A stretch of DNA of 33,744 nucleotides from Promethearchaeota archaeon (GTDB taxonomy: Archaea; Asgardarchaeota; Lokiarchaeia; Sigyniarchaeales; SOKP01), in assembly GCA_016839745.1 (NCBI GenBank), contig JAEOTS010000123.1:1-33744 (forward strand). Reading direction: 5' to 3'. The translations under genes were made by a program, and so were the position numbers. Under the pieces are notes generated by a model. It saw nothing but the letters and a program-made list of their open reading frames with translations, did not search any database and was not told where the DNA came from. Below, in pieces: positions 9,706 to 19,257 of this stretch. Numbering within the stretch: the first letter of the stretch is position 1; each line of letters starts with the position of its first letter.

Positions 9706-10625
9706 TGCCTCATAGATTTTGTGCAATATGTGGTTCAGAACTGGATGAAGAAGCACCTCATTTTGGTATGTGCCTTAATTGCTATTTAGAGGAAAATCCT
9801 TTATTTGAATTACCTAAAAGTTATAATTTTAAGCTGTGTAATGATTGCTTGAAATATGCAAAAAAAGAAGAATGGTATGAACCTGCTGAAAATGAAATCT
9901 TTCCCGTCATTGAAGAGGTTTTAACTCGTTTTCTATTAAAGAAATACACAAAACAAGGTTTAATCGCCTTTTCATTTTCATTTGATAAATTAATATATTC
10001 TTCTCGGAATCTTTTAACATCTTTAGATGTTATTATAACAGGAAAGATGACAGGAGATCATAAATTTACTCACCAGGAAACACTAAGAGTAATTATAGAT
10101 TACGAATTGTGCAAAAACTGTGCTAACTTAAGAGGGGGTATGTATTATCTTTCGATTGTTCAATTAAGGGTGAATGATAAGACGCAATTTGGCGTTATAA
10201 AAGAAACTTTAGATGACATTTCCTTATTAGTTGAAAATTTATTTAGTAAAGACGATAAACAGTATATTGCAAAAATAGAGGATCAAACGCTTGGTGTTGA
10301 TCTTTATTTAAGCACAAACGAGCTAATGAACCGGATAATATCTCATATTAGAGCAAATCATCATTTTATTTTAAAGAGGACAAAAAAGCTGGTAGGTAGA
10401 GATTCTCAAAAGGGAAGAAATCTCTATAGATTGAAAGCTCTCATAAAATTTTTGCCATTTAGGAAAAACGAATATGTTTTAATCAACAATTCAAAGTTCT
10501 TTATCGAGAATCTAACTAAAAATAAGGTTATGTTAAGAGACGAAAAACAAACAAAACTTGTAAAAAACTTTTCATATTTCTTTGATGATAAAATAATGAT
10601 TAAAAAGATAGCGGAGGAGGAATAA
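9705..10625 (+). CDS. NMD3-related ribosome biogenesis protein
   Basis: FCAICG..CLNC, CNDC, LCKNC..GGMYYLSIVQLR, GVDLYLS and KLVGRD motifs. Confidence 0.9.
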   Translation: MPHRFCAICGSELDEEAPHFGMCLNCYLEENPLFELPKSYNFKLCNDCLKYAKKEEWYEPAENEIFPVIEEVLTRFLLKKYTKQGLIAFSFSFDKLIYSSRNLLTSLDVIITGKMTGDHKFTHQETLRVIIDYELCKNCANLRGGMYYLSIVQLRVNDKTQFGVIKETLDDISLLVENLFSKDDKQYIAKIEDQTLGVDLYLSTNELMNRIISHIRANHHFILKRTKKLVGRDSQKGRNLYRLKALIKFLPFRKNEYVLINNSKFFIENLTKNKVMLRDEKQTKLVKNFSYFFDDKIMIKKIAEEE

Positions 10626-11486
10626 GTGAAAAAGAAGAAAAAAGAATTTATAGATGAGAAAGATGAGGATATCGAAAATGGAGTTGGTGATGACGATATT
10701 GCTAATGATTTTAACAAAAATATAGACGATTTAGAAAAAAAGAATGTTGATTCTAAGCGAATTAAAAATGTAGACCAAACAAAGAAACGAGCTACGGTAG
10801 ATTCTGTATTTGACGAAAGAATGTATTTACAATTGAGCAAATTATTAAAAACTGGAACTTTAGGCCGAATTGAAGGCATTATCTCCGCGGGGAAAGAATC
10901 AAATGTTTATCTTGCGTATGGTCAAAAAAATGAAGAATACGCGATAAAAATCTATAAAATTGATACAAATACTTCAAGATGGATGAGAAATTACATTATC
11001 GGAGATCCTAGATTTAAAAAAGTACCGAACAACGTATCAAAAATTATATATCTCTGGGCGAGTAAAGAATTTAAAAATCTTAAGAGAGCGTATAAGGCAG
11101 GTTTGAGCGTACCTGAGCCAATTTATACAAAAAATAACGTTTTAATCATGGAATATATTGGTTTTGAATCGATTCCAGCTCCAAAACTTAAAGATATAAA
11201 AACTCCAAAGGATCCAGTTAACTTATTAAATGAAATTCTTTATTTTATTAAGAATTTGTATCAAAAAGCAAATTTAGTTCACGGTGATTTATCAGAATTT
11301 AATATATTGTATCACAATCAAAAACCAGTCATAATTGATATTTCACAAGCCGTAACGATTCATCATCCAAAAGCAGAAATTTTTCTGGTTAGGGATATCA
11401 CAAATATTTTTAATTACTTCGAAAAAGTTGGAGTAGAAGTACCTAATCCTGAAGAATTTTACTATGAAGTAATTAATTTAGATTAA
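10626..11486 (+). CDS. rio1: RIO1 serine/threonine kinase
   Basis: ISAGKESNVY, AIKIY, WASKEFKNL, HGDLSEFNIL and IIDISQAV motifs. GTG start after GGAGG. Confidence 0.95.
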   Translation: MKKKKKEFIDEKDEDIENGVGDDDIANDFNKNIDDLEKKNVDSKRIKNVDQTKKRATVDSVFDERMYLQLSKLLKTGTLGRIEGIISAGKESNVYLAYGQKNEEYAIKIYKIDTNTSRWMRNYIIGDPRFKKVPNNVSKIIYLWASKEFKNLKRAYKAGLSVPEPIYTKNNVLIMEYIGFESIPAPKLKDIKTPKDPVNLLNEILYFIKNLYQKANLVHGDLSEFNILYHNQKPVIIDISQAVTIHHPKAEIFLVRDITNIFNYFEKVGVEVPNPEEFYYEVINLD

Positions 11487-11537
11487 ATAAAAATACAAAT
11501 ATTCATTATTAAAGTTATTAAAGTTAAAAGTAATATT

Positions 11538-12095
11538 ATGAAAATAGGGCAAAATAGGATTGCTGTAATAATCGGAAAGAATGGAGAAACCAAAAGAGAC
11601 CTAGAAGAGTCCTTAGGAGTGCAAATCATTTTAGATAGTAAAACTGGGGATTGCGAGGTCAAACCCATAATAGGACATCAAAATTACACTCCACTTAACA
11701 CATTTACGGCACAAAAAATAATTAACGCAATAAACAGAGGATTCAACCCCGTAAAAGCTATGAAATTATTAGATGAAACCTTCGATATAGAAGTTTTTAA
11801 TCTTTACGACCTATTAGGGAAATCTGAAAAGAAAATAAAGAGATTAAAAGGAAGAATTATTGGTAGAAATGGTGAAATGAGAAAAGCAATAGAGAGATTC
11901 GCGGAAAGTTATGTATCTGTTTATGGAAAAACGATTTCAATTATTTCTGACTATGATAATTTACAAATCGCCAGAAAGGCCGTAAATATGTTATTGAGTG
12001 GGATGCCTCACCACTCGGTACTTAAGTTCTTAGAAAATAAATATAACGACAAGAAGAAGGAAGAATTTAGGAAATTGTATAAACCTCAATTTTAG
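11538..12095 (+). CDS. KH-domain pre-rRNA processing protein Dim2/Pno1
   Basis: IIGKNG, AINRGF and KGRIIGRNG motifs, adjacent to rio1. Confidence 0.92.
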   Translation: MKIGQNRIAVIIGKNGETKRDLEESLGVQIILDSKTGDCEVKPIIGHQNYTPLNTFTAQKIINAINRGFNPVKAMKLLDETFDIEVFNLYDLLGKSEKKIKRLKGRIIGRNGEMRKAIERFAESYVSVYGKTISIISDYDNLQIARKAVNMLLSGMPHHSVLKFLENKYNDKKKEEFRKLYKPQF

Positions 12096-12132
12096 CATCT
12101 TAGCAATCTTGTTATATAATTTATTACCCTTT

Positions 12133-12486
12133 TTAGTCACATTTCATGCTTGATATTGAACCTAAAATATCTTTTCCATAAATTATTTCCTTAATCTCAG
12201 CATAGAGAGCTGAAAGTGTATCAATTTTTTCATTAACATAAAGTTCTTTAAAAACTTCTTTTTCTTTAGAAGAATGTATTTCAAAACTTTTAATCGAGTA
12301 ATAATCTTCTGAGTACGACTTGAAGATCACGATACTTCTCGGATAGATGCTCATTTCTTTAAGATAGATTGCCCATCCTTCATAAAAATAGTCTACGCCG
12401 ATAGAAAATAAATTCTTCCACTCCGCTAAGTTATCTAAAACCGTATTAACTTCTTTTTGAGTTTTAGGACTAAATTTATGTTCCAT
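12133..12486 (-). CDS. Hypothetical protein
   Basis: 117-aa ATG ORF filling the gap downstream of ftsZ. No recognised motif. Confidence 0.65.
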   Translation of the reverse strand: MEHKFSPKTQKEVNTVLDNLAEWKNLFSIGVDYFYEGWAIYLKEMSIYPRSIVIFKSYSEDYYSIKSFEIHSSKEKEVFKELYVNEKIDTLSALYAEIKEIIYGKDILGSISSMKCD

Positions 12487-12533
12487 ATATTTATTTCTTG
12501 AAATGAATTTAAAAAGGAGAAGGAAAAATAAAA

Positions 12534-13646
12534 TTAATCAAATGAGAGCTCTTTAATATTTAAAATGTCATTTGATAATTTACTTTCATTGAGATTCTTA
12601 GTTACGTCGTTGCTTTTAAACGATTGAACACTCGATATATTATTTCCAAAGATTTGTGGCGATTTTATACCTGTTATGAGGAGCATAACTCTTAAATATC
12701 CTTCAAATTCATCGTTAACTCTAGCCCCCCAGATTACCATAGCATTGGTTACGTCCATTTTTTCTGATATTTTCTTTGCTACAGAATTTGCTTCTGCCAG
12801 AGTCATATCGTTTCCTCCGCAAATATGAATTAGAGCGCCCTTTGCACCATTAATAGAGACATCTAATAAAGGTGAGTTGAGTGCGTCTTCGATGGCATCT
12901 TCTACTCGATTTTCTTTATCGCCCGATTCACCTACTCCCACTATTGCTACTCCTCCTGTACTTAAAATAGTTCTGACATCAGCAAAATCTAAGTTGATTA
13001 GTGAAGGTAGTGAAATTGTTTCGGTTATTCCTTTAACCATCGTTGCTAAGACTTCATCAGCAACGCTAAACGCCTCTATAATAGGTAAGTCAGGAGCAAT
13101 ATCTAAAAGACGATTATTATCTATAACTACTAATGTATCAGCGTATTTCTTTAATTCATTAAGGCCTGATTGAGCTTTATCAATCCTCCCTATTTCAGTT
13201 TCAAAAGGTAATGTAACCACGCCAACGACTATTGCACCTTCAAGTTTAGCGATTTCTGCCACTATGGGGGCGCTTCCAGTCCCAGTTCCCCCTCCTTCTC
13301 CACAGGTAATAAAAACCAAATTAGCTTCTCTTAATACTTTTGTTAAATCTTCACGTGATTCTTCTGCTGCCGCTCTGCCTATATCTGGATTACCTCCTGC
13401 ACCTAAACCTCGTGTTAAGTTTTTTCCTATTAACATTTTTATGTGAGATTCAACACTTTCTAAGTGTTGGAGGTCGGTATTCACAGCTACGCATTTGGCA
13501 CCCCGAATTCCTATTTTCATTAAGCGATTAATAGTATTATTTCCAGCTCCTCCGCAGCCTACGATTTTTATATTAGCGTAACCAAAATTTTCTCGAGCAG
13601 GTCTAACCACATCTCTTTTTTTAGCATTTCTTATTAGAGATTCCAT
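12534..13646 (-). CDS. ftsZ: Cell division protein FtsZ (archaeal FtsZ2-like)
   Basis: GCGGAGNN, NTD.QHL, GGGTGTG, DNNRLL and ETISLPSLINLDFAD motifs. Start moved to MESLI because the upstream extension is low-complexity AT sequence. Confidence 0.96.
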   Translation of the reverse strand: MESLIRNAKKRDVVRPARENFGYANIKIVGCGGAGNNTINRLMKIGIRGAKCVAVNTDLQHLESVESHIKMLIGKNLTRGLGAGGNPDIGRAAAEESREDLTKVLREANLVFITCGEGGGTGTGSAPIVAEIAKLEGAIVVGVVTLPFETEIGRIDKAQSGLNELKKYADTLVVIDNNRLLDIAPDLPIIEAFSVADEVLATMVKGITETISLPSLINLDFADVRTILSTGGVAIVGVGESGDKENRVEDAIEDALNSPLLDVSINGAKGALIHICGGNDMTLAEANSVAKKISEKMDVTNAMVIWGARVNDEFEGYLRVMLLITGIKSPQIFGNNISSVQSFKSNDVTKNLNESKLSNDILNIKELSFD

Positions 13647-13750
13647 TAAAAAACAACAGATCGTTTTATTTTTGTTATAGAAATAATATAAATAAAAAAT
13701 TAGAATCAATATGATATTCACATATTACCTACAAAATACATGGGTAGGCT

Positions 13751-14980
13751 TTAATTAATTGAAAAATCACTGTTTACCAAAGGATTAAAAATATTTTTAG
13801 TGGTTTTATTTTTTACAAGAATTATGTTGGGAAGGAGATAGGGAAAACGGTTAGAAAAAGTGAGATTATAAGCCCCTACATTTGTAATAACTACAATGTC
13901 TCCTTCCTTTAAGTCATAAGTAAAGAAATAATCTTTAGCTAAAACATCTTGATCGGTAGGCAATATTCCCGCTATTGAAGTCTTAAATTTGTGTGGCTCC
14001 TCAATTCTTGTTACGTTGTAAAATCTCATAGAGGATTTTGCAAATTTGGGACAAATGTGATTACCTATATTTAAGAAAATCCATCTGTTATCAGTTACCT
14101 TGATAATTTTCGCAATGAGCAAACCAGCGTCGCCAACTAAATAGCGTCCGGGCTCAAAATAGATATTCTTAAAATTGATCTCAAAATTACTTACCAGTGA
14201 ATTTATTTCTATCGCAACTTCTCTTAACTGATTTTCGGGCATTATAACTGCTTCAGGAAATCCACCTCCTAAATTTATATTTTCTATTTTAATTCCAGCA
14301 TCGGACAAAATTTTAGTATTATCTAAGAGGATATTTACATTTTTTATAAATAGCTCAATGTTATTCATCTGAGTGGTATAATGAGATAATAATGTTGTAA
14401 TTTTGAGGTTTTCACATTCATTTATAATTTTTTTTAATTTTATTACATTTGATTGATTTAAAAAAATACCTAATTTGCTTCCATATTTTTGTGTATTGAT
14501 TCTTAGACAAATATCTTGAATTATTTTGGAGTTTTTAGCAACTGAGTTGATTCTAATTAAATCGTTCATATTATAAACTACTATTTCTTTGATCTTTTCT
14601 TGAATACATTTTTCGATAAGTTCTTGTGGTAAATAAGGACCTCCTACAATTATTTTATCTGGAGGAAATTGTAATTTCAATGCTAACTTTAGTTCAGGTA
14701 GTCCAATTAATTCAGCACCTAATCCTTCTGATTGAACAAGATGGCAAATTTCAGGAAGGAAATTAGCTTTGAAAGAATATAAACATTGAAAATTATTAAA
14801 AACAGATTTAAAGACTTTAAGAAAGGTGTTTATATTATTTCTAACTCTATTTTCTAAAAAAATTATTACGGGAGTAGTATAAGTTTTTAAAATTTCGTTA
14901 AGTAAGACTTCATCAATTAACAACGCTCCCTCCTTTTTTTTTAGATAGGGATTTCCAGATATTCTTTTCAATTTATTCAC
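13751..14980 (-). CDS. PLP-dependent fold-III (LysA/ODC family) decarboxylase-like protein
   Basis: YSFKAN (PLP Lys), NLGGGF, FEPGRYL and NVGAY motifs, but the catalytic Cys is absent. Confidence 0.8.
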   Translation of the reverse strand: MNKLKRISGNPYLKKKEGALLIDEVLLNEILKTYTTPVIIFLENRVRNNINTFLKVFKSVFNNFQCLYSFKANFLPEICHLVQSEGLGAELIGLPELKLALKLQFPPDKIIVGGPYLPQELIEKCIQEKIKEIVVYNMNDLIRINSVAKNSKIIQDICLRINTQKYGSKLGIFLNQSNVIKLKKIINECENLKITTLLSHYTTQMNNIELFIKNVNILLDNTKILSDAGIKIENINLGGGFPEAVIMPENQLREVAIEINSLVSNFEINFKNIYFEPGRYLVGDAGLLIAKIIKVTDNRWIFLNIGNHICPKFAKSSMRFYNVTRIEEPHKFKTSIAGILPTDQDVLAKDYFFTYDLKEGDIVVITNVGAYNLTFSNRFPYLLPNIILVKNKTTKNIFNPLVNSDFSIN

Positions 14981-16277
14981 CTTGTTTTAAAAATAATTCT
15001 TGATATGTTTCGTGTGTTTTTTCAGCTATCATATCCCAGGAAAAATTCTTTTGAACTTTATTTCTACCTTCTAATCCTAAATTTTTGCTTAATCGCTTCT
15101 TTTTTAATAGCATTACGACCTTATCAGCGATGTCTACATAATCGTCAAATCCAACAAGTAACCCATCAATTTTATCTCTTATAACCTCTGGTGTCGCTCC
15201 TATGTTTGCTCCGATAACGGGTTTGCCAGAAGCCCAAGCTTCTAGAAACGCAATACCATACGCATCACTTCGGCTAGGCATCAAAAATACATCCGTTTCG
15301 TTAAAAGCTGCGATTTTTTTTACATCATAATATCCTTTCAAATTATCTGGGGTTAAGTTTATAACTCGAGGCTCGATGGTTTTCTGAATTTTTGAGAGTT
15401 CTCTATTAAACGCAAGAGTAGGTGGCCCAATAAAGACAAAATAGACTTTTCTGTATTTTTTTAAGATGTAGGGAATAGCTTTTAAAATTGAAATTGCTCC
15501 TTTCTCATAATTTTTATATCCGCAGAATAATACCATTCTGTAATTCTTTTCATTTGGTTTAAAGTATTTTTGTTTAAATTTAAATCTCTTAGGAGTATGT
15601 TTCCGTGGTAAAATAAACTTCTTGTAATCCACTCCCATAGATATAACTTTTATTTTTTTTTCTGGAATGCCCAATTTTTCACCTAATATTTTCTTTTCAA
15701 GATGAGTACACGCAATTATCCTATCAAACTTTTGCAACGGCTCGAATAAGTTTTTGTTAAGATATCTGGGATTTGAGAAATGAAAAAAGGGAGTGCAAAC
15801 AGTTGGTTTATTGGTAAGTTTTCCTAGCATTAAAGTTAAGATGGTATTAAAATAGGGAAAGAAGCTTGTATGGATTAAATCGAGGGTAATCTTAGAGGGA
15901 TGCGCCAAGCCTTCAAGGAAGTCTTCCAAGTAGGGCCCATTTCTTAAATACTCTGTCAAACACTCATCAGTTAACTCTAAATCCGTGTATGATCTAATTT
16001 TTTTTATTAATTTAATTTTATCATCTAGTGATACATTATATTTAACAGGAAAACGCGTGATTTTTAAATTGTTTACGCGTTCGTAGTATTTGTCTCCGTT
16101 TTTAATAATTCTACCGTTTGGTTCCCTTAAACCTTTAAAATCAATTGCAGTGGAAGTATATACGTTAACCCTATAATTGTATTTCAAATATAATATTTCT
16201 GCTATACTTTGGATATAAAATTCTGCTCCTGAGATTGCAGGATAATATCTTGTTGGGAAATATAAAATATTGGGCAA
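14973..16277 (-). CDS. Glycosyltransferase family 4 (GT-B)
   Basis: YYPAISGAE, EKG, PSRSDAYGIAFLEAWASGKPVI and FSW motifs. TTG start with AGGA upstream. Confidence 0.92.
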   Translation of the reverse strand: MPNILYFPTRYYPAISGAEFYIQSIAEILYLKYNYRVNVYTSTAIDFKGLREPNGRIIKNGDKYYERVNNLKITRFPVKYNVSLDDKIKLIKKIRSYTDLELTDECLTEYLRNGPYLEDFLEGLAHPSKITLDLIHTSFFPYFNTILTLMLGKLTNKPTVCTPFFHFSNPRYLNKNLFEPLQKFDRIIACTHLEKKILGEKLGIPEKKIKVISMGVDYKKFILPRKHTPKRFKFKQKYFKPNEKNYRMVLFCGYKNYEKGAISILKAIPYILKKYRKVYFVFIGPPTLAFNRELSKIQKTIEPRVINLTPDNLKGYYDVKKIAAFNETDVFLMPSRSDAYGIAFLEAWASGKPVIGANIGATPEVIRDKIDGLLVGFDDYVDIADKVVMLLKKKRLSKNLGLEGRNKVQKNFSWDMIAEKTHETYQELFLKQGE

Positions 16278-16326
16278 ACTTTAGATCCTTTTTATTGATC
16301 AATTATAATTACTATATGATAATCAA

Positions 16327-16719
16327 ATGTCTAAAGATTTATTATTTGATGTTTATTCAAAGGCTAAAAATAAAAAAGTTATCGATGATGAGCTAATTAG
16401 TTTTATTGATTCTATTTTTCCGGATAAGGTTGATAAAGTTTTAGATGTTGTAAAAAAGGGAGTAACAAAGTATAATTATAAACCTTCGAATCGAGTTATT
16501 TGGGTCGCTTTAGGTAAGGATTGTGAACACCTGATATATCCAAGATTATATTGTTCCTGTCAAGATTTTTATAAGAACGTGGTTATACAAAGAAAAAGAG
16601 GTTTTTGTAAACATCTAGTAGCTCAGGCAATTTGTGATGGTTTAGACGATTTTAATGAGCTAGATTTAGAAGATGAAGATTTTAATACTCTAGTTGAAGA
16701 TTTAAACTTAAAATTTTAA
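16327..16719 (+). CDS. SWIM zinc-finger protein (SWS1/ZSWIM7-like)
   Basis: YCSCQDF...CKHLVA. Confidence 0.85.
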   Translation: MSKDLLFDVYSKAKNKKVIDDELISFIDSIFPDKVDKVLDVVKKGVTKYNYKPSNRVIWVALGKDCEHLIYPRLYCSCQDFYKNVVIQRKRGFCKHLVAQAICDGLDDFNELDLEDEDFNTLVEDLNLKF

Positions 16720-17355
16720 TATCTCTGCACTCCTTATTGAATTATCAACTAGATCATTGATGCTGACTTTTAATTCTGATTCTTCTACTTCAAACAATTT
16801 CGCGTGAGTTTCAGGGTATTGAGGATTAAATTGACACCCTGCCGAAGCGTCTGAAGAAGTTTTATATAATCCAATTTGTTTATTAATATTAATTACTTCT
16901 TGCTTATCGCATCCAATCAGGGGTCTTAAGAGAATACAATCTTGAATTATATTATTATAAGAATATAAGTTGTCCAAAGTTTGACTAGCTTGTTCTCCCA
17001 GAATATCTCCTGTGACTATTATATTAGTTTCTTCTAATTTTCCTAATTGTTTAGCAATTCTAAGCATTAATCGCTTACATAAAACACAAGTCAATTTTCG
17101 ATCACAAACCTGTTTAAAACCTTCCAAGTTATTATCATGGTTAATGAAATATATTTTCAATTCATCGTTAGTAAACTTTGATAAGATTTTTACGATTTTT
17201 ATTACTTTTATTTTCATCGAACCTTCGTAATCGTCTGAAGTTAAAAACGAGAGAAAAATAGGAGTAAAACCTCTTTTTATCATTACATATGCTGCGATTG
17301 GGCTATCCAAACCACCTGAGAGTAAAGATATAAATTTTCTTACTGTTATCACCAA
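16708..17355 (-). CDS. ThiI-family sulfurtransferase, catalytic domain only (no THUMP)
   Basis: LLSGGLDSP, CVLCKR, TGDILGEQASQT and RPLIG.DK motifs. Confidence 0.85.
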   Translation of the reverse strand: MVITVRKFISLLSGGLDSPIAAYVMIKRGFTPIFLSFLTSDDYEGSMKIKVIKIVKILSKFTNDELKIYFINHDNNLEGFKQVCDRKLTCVLCKRLMLRIAKQLGKLEETNIIVTGDILGEQASQTLDNLYSYNNIIQDCILLRPLIGCDKQEVININKQIGLYKTSSDASAGCQFNPQYPETHAKLFEVEESELKVSINDLVDNSIRSAEILKF

Positions 17356-17358
17356 TTT

Positions 17359-17952
17359 TTAATTTATTGTTATTTCTTCTCTGTCCCATTCCTTTAGATA
17401 TTTATTGAAATCATCAAGCAAGATTTCCCTCGAAATTTTTATTATATTCTTATATTCGAGCTTTTTGATCTTTACCATTAATTTTTTATTTTTTTTTAGG
17501 TGTTCTTGAGCATTAGGATATTCATTTTTAAAAATTTCTTTAATTTTAGCAAAATCCGCTTTTTTTAATAAATCGTAATTCCCTTCTACATAATTACACA
17601 ATGGATCAACACTTATTTGAAAATTAAATGCATCCACTTGTTTTAAAGCCAAGGGATAAGCCTTGCATGCTAATGGTTTCACTTCATGGACAGTACAACC
17701 ATTTTTTGCATCATAAAATGGGCATCCATGAGTTTCATTGTCTAATCGTATTTTATATGTCACAACAAGGATTTTGTTATTTAATATGTCAGGAAAAACT
17801 AAATCTTCTATGATCTTAAAGGCGATACCCCTTTTCTTCGCGATTTCAATTAATATATCTGCTTCATTAGGATACAACGGAATTCTCTTTTTGAATTCAA
17901 TTTCATGACAGCAAGTTCCGCATTTTTGACAAGTATAGTTTAGCTCGGTCAC
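17359..17952 (-). CDS. YkgJ-family CxxCxxCC (Zn/Fe-S cluster) protein
   Basis: CQKCGTCC, CPFY...CTVH..KPLACKAYP. Confidence 0.88.
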   Translation of the reverse strand: MTELNYTCQKCGTCCHEIEFKKRIPLYPNEADILIEIAKKRGIAFKIIEDLVFPDILNNKILVVTYKIRLDNETHGCPFYDAKNGCTVHEVKPLACKAYPLALKQVDAFNFQISVDPLCNYVEGNYDLLKKADFAKIKEIFKNEYPNAQEHLKKNKKLMVKIKKLEYKNIIKISREILLDDFNKYLKEWDREEITIN

Positions 17953-18153
17953 TTCTAGAGGATTAAAAAAATTATTTATGATATAATTGGTACAGAATCC
18001 GTTATATGTAATGATACTTTAGGAAATAAATTTTTTGTGTTATGATTATATTACTTTTACAATAAATTATGTGTCTATTAGGATAACACATTGATTTTAA
18101 AGAAATAATTATGACTCTAATAATATCAATAAACAATACTTAAGGTAAAAAAA

Positions 18154-18969
18154 GTGACAGAGTCTGGGATAAGGGTAATAAAACATGTTGATATTAACGA
18201 GGATGAATTTGTAGATCCTATATGTATTTTAGGGATGCCGGGAATAGCTGATGTCGGAAAATTCGCAATAGATTCTTTAATTGGGCAACTCGATGCAAAG
18301 AACTTTATGGATTTTATCTTTGATGATTATCCTGCAGGAGCTATAGTCGATGATAGTCTGTTATCAGCTCCTAAAGCAGAGATATTATATTGGAAAGATC
18401 CCAGTCGAAAGAGGGATATTTTTTTAATCACCGCTGATGCGCAAAGCTTAACTCCTAAAGGCATATATAGAATTTCAAACTTTCTTACAGAGATAATATA
18501 TCAATGCAAAATAAATTTGATAATAGCTTTAGGGGCGTATCCAGTGAACAGTCGTAAAATAGATGTAAAAGTTCCCAAAATTTATGCAAGTTCGACTAAT
18601 CGAGAATTATTGACAAATTTTTTAACGAAAAACAACTGTAAGAAAATCCAGAAGGGTGTAATTATAGGTGCTAATGGCTTAATCCCTACATTAGCGAAGG
18701 CTAGATTCAATTTAGATGGTATTGTCCTTTTAGCGGAAACAGATAATATTGCCATGGTAAATGAGGATATCACCGATTTAAAAGCCTCAATAACTCTTTT
18801 GGAAATGCTTAAGAAGTCATTTACATTACCAATTAAAAAGAAATATTCCCTCGAAAATATTGATGACATTACAAAAAACCTTCAGAATAAAAGAGACCAA
18901 CTCGAAAAAGATTTAAACACATTTGAATTTGTAGATACTGAGGATAAGAGAAAGTCATTGTATATTTAA
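18154..18969 (+). CDS. Proteasome assembly chaperone PAC2 family (PbaA/B-like)
   Basis: GMPGIADVGK, IIALGAY, IIGANGLI and LLAET motifs. Confidence 0.88.
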   Translation: MTESGIRVIKHVDINEDEFVDPICILGMPGIADVGKFAIDSLIGQLDAKNFMDFIFDDYPAGAIVDDSLLSAPKAEILYWKDPSRKRDIFLITADAQSLTPKGIYRISNFLTEIIYQCKINLIIALGAYPVNSRKIDVKVPKIYASSTNRELLTNFLTKNNCKKIQKGVIIGANGLIPTLAKARFNLDGIVLLAETDNIAMVNEDITDLKASITLLEMLKKSFTLPIKKKYSLENIDDITKNLQNKRDQLEKDLNTFEFVDTEDKRKSLYI

Positions 18970-19070
18970 TTTCAATTAATTTCCTTACTTTTTGCTAATT
19001 TTTTCGCAATTCTACTAGCTTTCTAAATTATTTACGAAAAATATTTTAACCTTAGTTAATTTTTTAAATT

Positions 19071-19220
19071 ATGAATTATGTATGTGCTAGAAAAAGCTGT
19101 GGGAAAGAGGTTTCTAAAAAAGAATTAAACGCTCTACCTGGAATTAAATGTTCTCACTGTGGATTTCGCATCTTATATAAAAAACGCCCAGATGTAATAA
19201 AAAGAATAAAAGTACGATAA
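19071..19220 (+). CDS. rpo12: DNA-directed RNA polymerase subunit P (Rpo12)
   Basis: Not in the ORF track. Manual translation MNYVCARKSCGKEVSKKELNALPGIKCSHCGFRILYKKRPDVIKRIKVR* contains the CxxCGxRILYKxR signature. Confidence 0.93.
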   Translation: MNYVCARKSCGKEVSKKELNALPGIKCSHCGFRILYKKRPDVIKRIKVR

Positions 19221-19257
19221 TTTTTTTATTTAGAAGCAAATCACTTCTAAAAGCATT

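Noticed and set aside
13270-13305. Glu before the FtsZ GGGTGTG loop (GEGGGTGTG)
   Set aside because: This variant occurs in functional FtsZ proteins such as actinobacterial ones, and the T7 loop is intact
13647-13721. Hydrophobic N-terminal extension on FtsZ as a membrane anchor
   Set aside because: It is a translation of AT-rich intergenic DNA, and MESLI is the more plausible start
13751-14980. Assigning the symbol lysA
   Set aside because: The catalytic Cys and HIGSQ motifs are altered, so the substrate is uncertain
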